Shown: positions 17,915 to 26,473 of the stretch, one piece after another
How the letters are laid out: each line of letters begins with the position of its first letter
How positions within the stretch are numbered: the first letter of the stretch is position 1
Source: an uncultured Actinomycetes bacterium
Lineage (GTDB): Bacteria > Actinomycetota > Thermoleophilia > Gaiellales > Gaiellaceae
Length of the DNA: 64,000 nucleotides
Reading direction: 5' to 3'
Assembly (NCBI GenBank): GCA_963712465.1
Contig: CAVQHY010000007.1
Location: forward strand, 81,379 to 145,378
Notes under the pieces: model-generated
Databases searched by the model: none
The model's input: the letters and a program-made list of their open reading frames with translations, nothing else
Told to the model about the DNA's origin: nothing
Made by a program: the position numbers and the translations under genes

Positions 17915-18830
17915 GAGCTTTGCGAGAGGCCCGGCTTTGGACCGCCTCAACGACATCCTCCAGCGAAAGCCGCTCACACCCGCAGACCAGGCGCACGAGC
18001 AGGCCCTGAAGTCCGCGCGACAGGCGCTGAAGCAGGCCGAGCGTGCGCACGCCGCCCGCGTCAAGGAGCGGCGAAAGGCGCTTGTGGCTGCCGAGAAGGC
18101 GAACGCGCGCTCCGTCGCCGAGGCCGAGCACGCGCTCGCGGAGGCGGCGCGTTCGGACGACCCCGCTCTTCGCCGCGCCCAGCAGGCCGTCGCGGAAGCA
18201 CGACGCGGTCGGGAGCTCACCCGGCTCGGCGAGCTCGTGCTCTACGACGACCGGATCGAGACACCGGAGGGGACGGTTGAGCTCTCCCCGGGAGTACGGG
18301 CGATCGTCGACGCCCCCGGCAACCTCGTTCAGCGAGAGCTCGCGATCGGCCGCACGGGCGTCGAAGCCGCCGCTGCCCTCGCCGCTCTCCAGGCGCGGGC
18401 GCGGCGCTCCCGGGACGAGCCCGTGATCCTCGTCGAGGCACCTGCCCTCTTCAGTATCAGACCCTGTGAACACGACGCCGACGCGGCCCGCGAGTTTGCC
18501 CGGCGCGTGAACGTCGCCGCCCTGAACGCCGCCGACGTCGTCGCCGGTCGCGCCGGCGCGGTCGCCGAGGCCGATGCGACGCTCGTCGAGCTGCGAGCGC
18601 GTCGGGCCGCTGCAGTGGCCGCGGCCGAGTGGTCACTCGAGCGCGCCGAGCAGGACACCGCGGCGATCGAGGAGGCGCGAAATGGGCTCGCAGACGCCGA
18701 GGCAGACACGGCCGAGATCGAGGCCTCCCGAACGGCCCTGGAGGCACTCGAGCAGTCCGGGGCAGCCGGGCCGGGCGGGCAGGGGGCTCAGTCGGGGGGT
18801 CAAGGGGCGGCCGATATGCTTGACCGGTGA
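17907..18830 (+). CDS. Hypothetical coiled-coil protein embedded in the cofD-fbiC operon.
   Basis: 307-aa ORF with high GC3. GTG 17907 overlaps the cofD stop by 8 nt. Its TGA overlaps the fbiC GTG (GTGA). Ala/Glu/Arg-rich heptad-like N- and C-terminal segments flank a central non-repetitive region. Confidence 0.65.
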   Translation: MNESFARGPALDRLNDILQRKPLTPADQAHEQALKSARQALKQAERAHAARVKERRKALVAAEKANARSVAEAEHALAEAARSDDPALRRAQQAVAEARRGRELTRLGELVLYDDRIETPEGTVELSPGVRAIVDAPGNLVQRELAIGRTGVEAAAALAALQARARRSRDEPVILVEAPALFSIRPCEHDADAAREFARRVNVAALNAADVVAGRAGAVAEADATLVELRARRAAAVAAAEWSLERAEQDTAAIEEARNGLADAEADTAEIEASRTALEALEQSGAAGPGGQGAQSGGQGAADMLDR

Positions 18831-21235
18831 AGGAGTTCGAGGCCCTGATCGAGACGCCTGTCGACGAGCTCCTCCCGGTCGCCCGGGAGCTGCGCGAGCA
18901 GCGGACGGGCGCGCTGATCACGTACTCCCCGAAGGTCTTCATCCCGCTCACGAAGCTCTGCCGCGACGTGTGCCACTACTGCACTTTCGCTCAACCTCCC
19001 CGCCGCGGCGAGCGCGCCTACATGACCGCCGACGAGGTGCTGGCGATCGCGGCGGCCGGCGCCGAGGCCGGTTGCCACGAGGCGCTGTTCACGCTCGGCG
19101 ACAAGCCCGAGCTTCGCTACCGGGCGGCACGCGACGAGCTCGCCGAGCTCGGCCACGAGACGACGATCGACTACCTCGCCGCGATGTGCCGTCTCGTCCT
19201 CGACGAAACCGGCCTTCTCCCCCATGCCAACCCCGGAGTCATGAGCCGCGATGACCTGATGCTCCTGCGCGAGGTCACGGCCTCGCAGGGGATCATGCTC
19301 GAGACGGTCTCCGATCGGCTGTCCGAGCGTGGGGGCCCGCATTTCGGTTCCCCCGACAAGATGCCGGCGGCGCGGCTCGAGACCCTTCGACTCGCAGGCG
19401 AGCTTGCGGTTCCGTTCACGACGGGGATCCTGATCGGGATCGGCGAGACGAGGCACGAGCGGCTCGAGGCGCTCGCTGCCATCCGCGAGCTGCACGCGCG
19501 CTACGGCCACATCCAGGAGGTGATCGTCCAGAACTTCCGGGCCAAGCCCGGCACGCGAATGGTCGACCATCCCGAGCCCTCGCTCGACGAGCTGCTGTGG
19601 ACGGTCGCCGCCGCCCGGATCGTCCTGGGCCCCGAGCTGAATCTCCAGGCGCCGCCGAACCTGTCGTACGAGAACTTTCCGCGGCTGCTCGACGCGGGGC
19701 TGAACGACTGGGGCGGGATCTCGCCGGTTACGATCGACCACGTCAACCCCGAGGCGCCGTGGCCGGAGGTCGTCCGACTGGCGGCCGCCACGGGCGACCA
19801 CGGTCTCGAGCTCGTTCCGCGGCTCCCCCTCTACCCGGAGTACGTGGCCGACGTCGGCCGCTGGTGCTCGCCCAGGGTCGCCACCGCAGTCCTGCATCGG
19901 TCCGACGCGTCGGGGCTCGCTCGCGAGGATCGTTGGGCAGCCGGCTCCCCGGGCCATGTCCCGGGGCCTGTCCCCGGGACACGACCCCGCGGGACGGCGT
20001 CTCCGGCGATCGCGGCCGCCCTGGCCGGGGCCGCAGTGGGCCGCGAGCTCGACGAGGAGGACGTGACCGCGCTCTTCGAGGCTCGCGGGTCGTCGTTCGA
20101 AGCCGTGTGCGCCGCCGCCGACGACCTGCGGCGCGAGGTCAACGGCGACACCGTCACCTACGTCGTCACCCGCAACATCAACTACACGAACGTGTGCTAC
20201 TTCCGCTGCGGCTTCTGCGCATTCTCCAAGGGGAAGCTCGCCGAGAACCTCCGTGGGCCGGCGTACGTCGTCCCGATCGAGGAGATCGTGCGGCGCAGCC
20301 GTGAGGCGTGGGATCGGGGCGCCGTCGAGGTGTGCCTCCAGGGGGGCATCCACCCCGGCTTCACAGGCGACACCTACGTCGAGATCTGCGAGGCGATCAA
20401 GCGCGAGCTGCCCGACCTCCACGTCCACGCGTTTTCGGCGCTCGAGGTCTGGCAGGGCGCGGCGACACTCGGCATGTCTCTCGACGACTACCTCGCACGG
20501 CTCCGTGACGTCGGCCTCGCCTCCCTGCCCGGGACGGCAGCGGAGATCCTCGACGACGAGGTCCGGCGGATCCTCTGCCCCGACAAGGTGTCGACCGGGC
20601 AGTGGCTCGAGGTGCACGACGCCGCTCACCGTGCCGGCCTGCGCTCGACGACGACGATCATGTACGGGTCGATCGAGGGGCCGCGCAGCTGGGCGCGCCA
20701 CCTGCTCGTCCTGCGCGACCAGCAGCGGCGCACCGGCGGCTTCACCGAGTTCGTCCCGCTGCCCTTCGTCCATATGGAGGCCCCGATCTATCTGAAGGGT
20801 CGGGCACGGCCCGGGCCGACGTTCCGCGAGGCGATCCTCATGCACGCGGTCGCGCGGCTCGCCCTCCATCCCTGGATCACGAACGTCCAGGCGTCCTGGG
20901 TCAAGCTCGGGGTCGAGGGGGCACGGGCGGCCCTCCGCTCGGGCGCGAACGACCTCGGCGGGACGCTGATGAACGAGTCGATCTCCCGGGCTGCCGGCGC
21001 GAGCCACGGCCAGGAGATGCCGCCCGAGGGAATGGAAGCGCTGATCCGCGCGGCCGGTCGCGTCCCGCGCCAGCGGACGACGCTCTACGGGGCTCCGCCC
21101 GAGGAACGCACGCGGGCGTCGTTCGGCGCGCCACCGCTTGCTGAGCCGCTCAACCCCGCCGTGAACGATGCGAGGCTCGAGCGGCCCGCCCGGCTCGTCC
21201 GGCCCGGCCTGGCGGCCGGCGTCGGCGTCCGCTAG
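18827..21235 (+). CDS. fbiC: FO synthase (7,8-didemethyl-8-hydroxy-5-deazariboflavin synthase), fused CofG-CofH.
   Basis: Two radical-SAM cysteine motifs: CRDVCHYCTF (about nt 18960) and CYFRCGFCAF (about nt 20200). 802 aa with the typical FbiC domain order. Confidence 0.92.
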   Translation: MKEFEALIETPVDELLPVARELREQRTGALITYSPKVFIPLTKLCRDVCHYCTFAQPPRRGERAYMTADEVLAIAAAGAEAGCHEALFTLGDKPELRYRAARDELAELGHETTIDYLAAMCRLVLDETGLLPHANPGVMSRDDLMLLREVTASQGIMLETVSDRLSERGGPHFGSPDKMPAARLETLRLAGELAVPFTTGILIGIGETRHERLEALAAIRELHARYGHIQEVIVQNFRAKPGTRMVDHPEPSLDELLWTVAAARIVLGPELNLQAPPNLSYENFPRLLDAGLNDWGGISPVTIDHVNPEAPWPEVVRLAAATGDHGLELVPRLPLYPEYVADVGRWCSPRVATAVLHRSDASGLAREDRWAAGSPGHVPGPVPGTRPRGTASPAIAAALAGAAVGRELDEEDVTALFEARGSSFEAVCAAADDLRREVNGDTVTYVVTRNINYTNVCYFRCGFCAFSKGKLAENLRGPAYVVPIEEIVRRSREAWDRGAVEVCLQGGIHPGFTGDTYVEICEAIKRELPDLHVHAFSALEVWQGAATLGMSLDDYLARLRDVGLASLPGTAAEILDDEVRRILCPDKVSTGQWLEVHDAAHRAGLRSTTTIMYGSIEGPRSWARHLLVLRDQQRRTGGFTEFVPLPFVHMEAPIYLKGRARPGPTFREAILMHAVARLALHPWITNVQASWVKLGVEGARAALRSGANDLGGTLMNESISRAAGASHGQEMPPEGMEALIRAAGRVPRQRTTLYGAPPEERTRASFGAPPLAEPLNPAVNDARLERPARLVRPGLAAGVGVR
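19954..19983. repeat. Palindromic repeat, copy B, lying in frame inside fbiC.
   Basis: CCATGTCCCGGGGCCTGTCCCCGGGACACG, a 10-bp stem with a 5-nt loop. It encodes GHVPGPVPGTRP in the CofG-CofH linker. Confidence 0.8.
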
Positions 21236-21239
21236 CCGG

Positions 21240-21383
21240 GCCGAGCTCGCCGACTCGATGCCGATCGGCCGCATGTGTACGTCCGAAGAGGTCGCCCCGG
21301 CCATCCTCTTTCTCTGCTCCGACGAAGCGTCGTACATCACCGGCGCAACGCTCGCAATCGACGGGGGCTACTCGGCGCGGTAA
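21240..21383 (+). pseudogene. 3'-terminal remnant of a short-chain dehydrogenase/reductase (SDR) gene.
   Basis: AELADSMPIGRMCTSEEVAPAILFLCSDEASYITGATLAIDGGYSAR is the canonical last 45 or so residues of a classical SDR. No upstream Rossmann or catalytic part exists; fbiC ends at 21235. Confidence 0.7.
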
Positions 21384-21451
21384 CTACTCCCGGCCCCCGC
21401 GCACGTCGGTAACGTCCGGCCTGACCGCACGCGACGAAGGGAGCCGCGATC

Positions 21452-22216
21452 GTGAAGATTCGGATCGGCGTCCAGACTCAGCCTCAGCACGCAGACTACG
21501 ACGCCCTTCGCCACGCGTGGCTGGAGGCGGAAGAGATCGGCGCCGACGTCGTCATGAACTGGGATCACTTCTTCCCGCTCTACGGCGACGCCGACGGCAA
21601 GCACCTCGAGTGCTGGACGACGCTCGCGGCGATGGCCGAGGCGACCGAGCGCGTCGAGCTCGGCGCGCTGGTCACCTGCAACTCGTACCGCAATCCCAAC
21701 CTCCTCGCCGACATGGCACGGACCGTCGACCACATCTCGGGCGGCCGCCTCATCCTCGGGATCGGCTCCGGCTGGTTCGAGCGCGACTACCTCGAGTACG
21801 GCTATGAGTTCGGCACGGCGGGGAGCCGCCTGCGCGACCTCGACGCGTCGCTGGACGTGATCGAAGCGCGCTGGGCGAAGCTGAACCCGCCGCCGACGCG
21901 CAAGATCCCGGTGATGATCGGAGGCGGCGGCGAGAAGGTGACGCTGCGGATCGTCGCCGAGCATGCCGACATCTGGCACGGCTTCGGCCCGCTCGACCGG
22001 TTCCGCCAGAAGGCCGGCGTCCTCGACGAGTGGTGTGCAAAGGTCGGCCGGGACCCGGCAACGATCGAGCGCTCGGTCACCGCGAAGGACCCGGGGGAGG
22101 CGGAGCGGTTTCTCGAGGCAGGCGCGACGTTTCTCGTCTACTCGGACCAGGGCCCGAGCTACGATCTCGGCCCGCTGCGCGAGCTCGTTGCCTGGCGCGA
22201 CGAGAAGAACGCGTAG
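21452..22216 (+). CDS. LLM-class F420-dependent oxidoreductase (luciferase-like monooxygenase family).
   Basis: [43 protein letters not shown]...[23 protein letters not shown]. Confidence 0.8.
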   Translation: MKIRIGVQTQPQHADYDALRHAWLEAEEIGADVVMNWDHFFPLYGDADGKHLECWTTLAAMAEATERVELGALVTCNSYRNPNLLADMARTVDHISGGRLILGIGSGWFERDYLEYGYEFGTAGSRLRDLDASLDVIEARWAKLNPPPTRKIPVMIGGGGEKVTLRIVAEHADIWHGFGPLDRFRQKAGVLDEWCAKVGRDPATIERSVTAKDPGEAERFLEAGATFLVYSDQGPSYDLGPLRELVAWRDEKNA

Positions 22217-22244
22217 CAGCCCACTCGCTACGGCGTGGCCTCAC

Positions 22245-22274
22245 GGGACGTGTCCCGGGGCCTGTCCCCGGGAC
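22245..22274. repeat. Palindromic repeat, copy C, between convergent genes (possible bidirectional terminator).
   Basis: GGGACGTGTCCCGGGGCCTGTCCCCGGGAC in the 84-nt gap between stops at 22216 (+) and 22301 (-). Confidence 0.75.
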
Positions 22275-22300
22275 CTGGCCGGTAGAGACACGGCCCCGGC

Positions 22301-23515
22301 TCAGCGCGCCAGGTCGCGCAGGTCGACGTCCTCGTCTTCGAGCAGCGCCGGATCGACCTTCGTGCGGGCAGCGACCAGAGGTGTCGCCCGACGCACGTCG
22401 CGGCCGCGGTTGAGCCCCACCGCGGCGTTCAGGCGACCTCCCTCGAGGTAGAAGCCGACGAACTGGCGCTCCTCGAGGCTGCCGCGGATCACGAGCTCGT
22501 CCCAGGCGCCGGGCAGGCCTGCGAGCTGGATGTTGTCCTCGTACTGGTCAGACCAAAACCACGGCGTCTCGGCGTACGGCTCGCGCTTGCCGAGCAGGCT
22601 GCGGGCGGCGTGCTCGCCGTGCCTGATCGCGTGCTGCCAGTGCTCGACGCGGGTTCGGCCGAGCGTTGGATGGTCGAAGCGGGCGACGTCGCCCGCCGCG
22701 TGGATCCCCTCGATGCTCGTGCGGCACAGCGCGTCGACTCGGATCCCATCGTCGATCTCGACGCCCGCGCCTGCCGCCACCTCGACCGCCGGCTCGATGC
22801 CGACGCCGACGATCGCGAGGTCGCAGTCGACGGCACGCCCACTCCTCGTGCGCACCCGTGAGACGCGGCCGACGCCCTCGAACGCCTCGACCAGATCGCC
22901 GAGGACGACCTCGACTCCGTGCTCGCGATGGAGCCCGGCCATGACCTCGCCCACTCGTTCTCCGAGGACGCGGGCCAGCGGCGCGGTCTCGTCGATCGCC
23001 GTCACGTGGACGCCGAGCGCACGCAACGACGCGGCAACCTCGGAACCGATGAAGCCGAGCCCGACGACGACCGCGCTACCGCCTTGCCTCGCAGCCGCCC
23101 GGATTCGCTCCGCGTCCTCGACGGTGCGCAGCTCGAGCACGCCGTCGAGGTCGATCCCGGGGATCGGGGGACGCCGGTTGCGTCCTCCGGTGGCGACGAG
23201 GACGGCGTCGTAGGCCAGGCGCTCGCCGTCGACGAGCTCGACCGCGCGCTCGGCGGCGTCGACCCGCTGAGCGGCGACGCCGAGCCGAAGCTCGATCGCC
23301 GCGTCGTCGTACGCCGCCTGCGACCTGACGAGCGCGTCGTCGAGCGTCGTCTCGCCGCGGAGAAGCTCCTTCGAGAGCGGCGGCCGCTCGTACGGCAGGT
23401 GCGCCTCGGCGCCGACGAGCACGAGCGAGCCCTCGTATCCCTCGTTCCGGAGGGTCACGGCAGCCGTGGCGCCGGTCAGGCTCGCGCCCACGATCACGAC
23501 CCGATCGAGAGTCAC
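22301..23515 (-). CDS. NAD(P)/FAD-dependent oxidoreductase (ferredoxin/rubredoxin reductase-like).
   Basis: VTLDRVVIVGASLTGATAAVTLR...PYERPPLSKELL...AVVVGLGFIGSEVAASL...AAGDVA. GTG 23515 overlaps the upstream stop (GTGA). The 661-aa track ORF is a read-through artefact. Confidence 0.85.
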   Translation of the reverse strand: MTLDRVVIVGASLTGATAAVTLRNEGYEGSLVLVGAEAHLPYERPPLSKELLRGETTLDDALVRSQAAYDDAAIELRLGVAAQRVDAAERAVELVDGERLAYDAVLVATGGRNRRPPIPGIDLDGVLELRTVEDAERIRAAARQGGSAVVVGLGFIGSEVAASLRALGVHVTAIDETAPLARVLGERVGEVMAGLHREHGVEVVLGDLVEAFEGVGRVSRVRTRSGRAVDCDLAIVGVGIEPAVEVAAGAGVEIDDGIRVDALCRTSIEGIHAAGDVARFDHPTLGRTRVEHWQHAIRHGEHAARSLLGKREPYAETPWFWSDQYEDNIQLAGLPGAWDELVIRGSLEERQFVGFYLEGGRLNAAVGLNRGRDVRRATPLVAARTKVDPALLEDEDVDLRDLAR

Positions 23516-23943
23516 GACCGCTTTTCTACCGTTTCCGCGGCGCTCCATGCGGACCAGGCCTCGATCGTCACCTGCACCACTGGGCCCGGTGGCGGGACGT
23601 GTCGATACTGCGGATACTTGGCGACGAGCGCTTCGAGGGCCCGTGCTCGCTCGCGATCGTCCTCGACCTCCCGGGCGCGCCCGTCCGCCCGCACCCACCA
23701 GAGTCGCGTCCAGTCCTCGTCGTAGACGTCGACCAGAAGCGACACGCTCGGGTTGGCGCGGATGTTGACGAGCCGCCGGAGCTCGGTCGTCCGCTTCGGC
23801 TTCGCGTCGACCGCCCACCAGAGCGTGTCGTGCTCCAGGGCGAAGCACACGGGAACCACGTGCGCAGCGCCCCCTGGTCCCACCGTGGCGATCCTCGCGA
23901 CCCGCGCCTGGACGAACCGTTCTCGGGCCTGCTCGCGGGTCAT
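23512..23943 (-). CDS. PPOX-class (pyridoxamine 5'-phosphate oxidase fold) probable F420-dependent enzyme.
   Basis: MTREQARERFVQARVARIATVGPGGAAHVVPVCFALEHDTLWWAVDAKPK...NIRANPSVSLLVD...WWVRADG. Confidence 0.8.
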   Translation of the reverse strand: MTREQARERFVQARVARIATVGPGGAAHVVPVCFALEHDTLWWAVDAKPKRTTELRRLVNIRANPSVSLLVDVYDEDWTRLWWVRADGRAREVEDDRERARALEALVAKYPQYRHVPPPGPVVQVTIEAWSAWSAAETVEKRS

Positions 23944-25313
23944 CGGCCGGCGATCGCTTCCCCGACCTCCCGGACGATCTCCACGAGCGCGAGCACGTCA
24001 CTCTCGCGCGTGCGGTAGTTGACGAAGCACGGGCGCAGCCAGGTCGCTCCGTCGACGACCGCGTCGGCGACGTACACGCGGCCGTCGGCCTGAAGCGCTC
24101 GCGCGAGGTCGTGGTTGTGGACGTCGAGGTCGGCGTCGGCGCCAGCGCCAGGCCGGTGCCGGAAGCACACGACCGACAACTCGGGCTCGAGCAGGAGCTC
24201 GAGGTCGGGCTGTTGCAGCACTTCCTGGGCGAGCAGCCGCGCCTGGCCGAGATTCCGCTCGATTGCGTTACGGAACGCCTCGGCACCGTGCACGCGAAAG
24301 GCGAGCCAGAGCTTCAGCGCGCGAAACGGCCGCGAGTACTCGAGGGTGCGGTCAACCGGATCCACCTCACCCTCCTCGTGCGGAATGTACATGGCGCGAT
24401 GGAAGAACGCACGCTCGAGATCGGCGAGGTCGCGGACGATGACGACGCCGCACGCCTTCGGTAGGTAGAGCCACTTGTGGGCGTCGACTGCGATCGAGTC
24501 CGCGCGGTCGATCCCCGCGAAGAGCGCGGCCGTCGAAGGGGCTGCGGCGGCAGGGAGACCGTAGGCGCCGTCCACGTGCAGCCAGACGCCGGCGGCAGCG
24601 CACACGTCGGCGAGCTCGCCGATCGGGTCGACCGCGCCCGTGAGCGTCGTTCCGCCGGTGGCGACGACCGCAATCGGCGTCACGCCGTCCGCCCGGTCGC
24701 GGGCGACAGCTGCCTCGGTCTCGTCAGGGCGCATGCGCCGATGCTCGTCGAGCGGGATCGCCCGCACCCAGTCGCTGCCGAGCCCGAGGATCTCGGCCGC
24801 GCGGGCCACCGAGTAATGCGCGTCCAGCGAGCAGTAGATCGCCCCGCGACGACCGCCCAGACCCTCGAGGCGGGAGCCGGGAAACGCACGCTCGCGCGCC
24901 GCTGCGAGCGCGGTCAGGTTGGAGACCATGCCGCCGCTCGTGAACGCTCCGCCGCCGACCGGGTAGCCAACGAGCTCGCCGACCCAGCGCAGAGCCTGGG
25001 CCTCGACGAGGTTCGCGGCGGCCGCCTCGGTGGCGAGATTGACGTCGTGGCAGGCCGCGAGCGCGTCGGCGAGGACGGCGATCTCGAGCCCGGACGAGCC
25101 GATGAACGCGAAGTAGCGCGGCCGGGCCTGCGCCAGGCTCGTGTCGAGGATGCGCGCGGCTTCGTCGAGCCCCCGCGTGGCGGGAGTGGGCTCCTCCGGC
25201 AGGCCCGTCTGGAGAAACGACCGCAACACCGCATCCACGGGCGGCTGGTCCGGGCGGGCGCTGTCGAAGCTCCGCCATGCCGCTTCGACCAGCTCGGCCG
25301 CGTGCCGGAGCAC
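23940..25313 (-). CDS. PLP-dependent group II amino-acid decarboxylase.
   Basis: FTSGGMVSNLTAL...HVDGAYG...SIAVDAHKWLYLPKACGVVIV contains the PLP-lysine motif. ATGA overlap with the PPOX gene. Confidence 0.85.
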   Translation of the reverse strand: MLRHAAELVEAAWRSFDSARPDQPPVDAVLRSFLQTGLPEEPTPATRGLDEAARILDTSLAQARPRYFAFIGSSGLEIAVLADALAACHDVNLATEAAAANLVEAQALRWVGELVGYPVGGGAFTSGGMVSNLTALAAARERAFPGSRLEGLGGRRGAIYCSLDAHYSVARAAEILGLGSDWVRAIPLDEHRRMRPDETEAAVARDRADGVTPIAVVATGGTTLTGAVDPIGELADVCAAAGVWLHVDGAYGLPAAAAPSTAALFAGIDRADSIAVDAHKWLYLPKACGVVIVRDLADLERAFFHRAMYIPHEEGEVDPVDRTLEYSRPFRALKLWLAFRVHGAEAFRNAIERNLGQARLLAQEVLQQPDLELLLEPELSVVCFRHRPGAGADADLDVHNHDLARALQADGRVYVADAVVDGATWLRPCFVNYRTRESDVLALVEIVREVGEAIAGR

Positions 25314-25349
25314 GTCGGCGCGGGGCGCGTCGAGCTCCAGGTACGTCGC

Positions 25350-26459
25350 CTAGCTCCCGGTGTCCAAGGGCGTGCCTTCCCGGAGCAGGGCGTCGTAGCG
25401 ATCCGACCACGACTGCTCGTCGTCGCTCAGCGCCTTCAGGTCGACGTACGCCGTCTCGACGTCGGCGACCGAGCTGAGGTCCTTGCGAGTCGCCACGCCG
25501 TACTCGGCGAGGACCTTCTGGCCGTCGCCGAGGAGCCAGTCGACGAAGAGCATCGCCGCCGCGGGATGAGCGGAGCTCGCGATCGGGCCGACGCCGTCGG
25601 TCTTCGTGACGACGGGCTGAACGACAGGCTTCCAGGCCAGCGGCGCGGCGTCGCTGGCGAACTTCCCCGCGAGGTGCTCCAAGTCGACGAAGAGCGGAAA
25701 CTCGCCCGCCGCCTGGAGCTCCGCGGCGGCCGAGTGACCTTTGACGACGAGCGCGTTTGCGGAGATCGCCTCGAAGAGCCGATCGACCTCGTCCTTCGAC
25801 TTGCCGTGCGCCAGCCAGTAGTCGTAGAGCGTCGCGTACCACTCGACGTCGCCGAGGTCGAGCGCGAGCTTGCCCTTCCATCGGGGATCGGCGAGCTCCT
25901 CCCAGGATTTCGGCACCTGGTCCGGCGCGAGCAGATCGGTGTTCCAGGTGAGGACGAAGGTGTTCTGGGCGTCCGACGTCCATCCCTCCTGCGCCGCGCC
26001 AGCGATGAGCCCCGCGGCAGCCGGGGACGCATAGGGCTCCAGGATTCCCCGGCCGACGAGATCGTTCATCTCGAGACCCCCCGTCTCGACGACGTCCGCG
26101 CCCTGGAAGTCCGCATCGGCTTCCTGGATGAGACGGAGCTGGAGATCTCCCGTCTGGGCGCGATACACGGCGACGTCGAGGTCGGTGGCGTCCTCGAACG
26201 CGTCGGCGACATCGGAAAGCAGGCTCGAGCTGTACGACGTGTAGAAGGTGAGCTTCCCGCCCTCGGCCCGGGCAAGCTCGAGCAGCGCGCGCTCACGCGC
26301 CTCGCCGGAGAGCCCGTCGACCGCTGCGGCGACGTCGTCGAACGAGGAGCTGTCGGGCTCATCCGAGGAGCCGCCGCAGGCCGCAAGACCTGTCGCCGCC
26401 GCGAAAGCGAGTGTCGCCACCAGGACCCGCCGTAGAGGCTTCGGGAGGTTCGACACCAT
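25350..26459 (-). CDS. ABC transporter substrate-binding lipoprotein (family 1, Fe(III)/polyamine/thiamine type).
   Basis: Lipobox signal MVSNLPKPLRRVLVATLAFAAATGLAACGG. About 370 aa with periplasmic-binding-protein-like composition. Divergent from the permease and ATPase genes. Confidence 0.8.
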   Translation of the reverse strand: MVSNLPKPLRRVLVATLAFAAATGLAACGGSSDEPDSSSFDDVAAAVDGLSGEARERALLELARAEGGKLTFYTSYSSSLLSDVADAFEDATDLDVAVYRAQTGDLQLRLIQEADADFQGADVVETGGLEMNDLVGRGILEPYASPAAAGLIAGAAQEGWTSDAQNTFVLTWNTDLLAPDQVPKSWEELADPRWKGKLALDLGDVEWYATLYDYWLAHGKSKDEVDRLFEAISANALVVKGHSAAAELQAAGEFPLFVDLEHLAGKFASDAAPLAWKPVVQPVVTKTDGVGPIASSAHPAAAMLFVDWLLGDGQKVLAEYGVATRKDLSSVADVETAYVDLKALSDDEQSWSDRYDALLREGTPLDTGS

Positions 26460-26473
26460 CGGGGGCGCCGATT

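Noticed and set aside
18800-21340. 846-aa ORF antisense to fbiC. Similar giant antisense or alternative-frame ORFs occur at 52135-54876, 10267-11949, 24477-26435 and 45138-46853.
   Set aside because: These are typical stop-poor shadow frames of high-GC DNA. They are Arg/Pro/Gly/Ala-rich, carry no motifs, and the opposite or alternate frame carries unambiguous conserved proteins.
16958-21383. The cofD-unknown-fbiC module as a recently acquired mobile island, because of the SDR remnant at its 3' end.
   Set aside because: There are no mobility genes, no flanking direct repeats and no compositional break visible by eye. The SDR remnant is reported only as a rearrangement scar.
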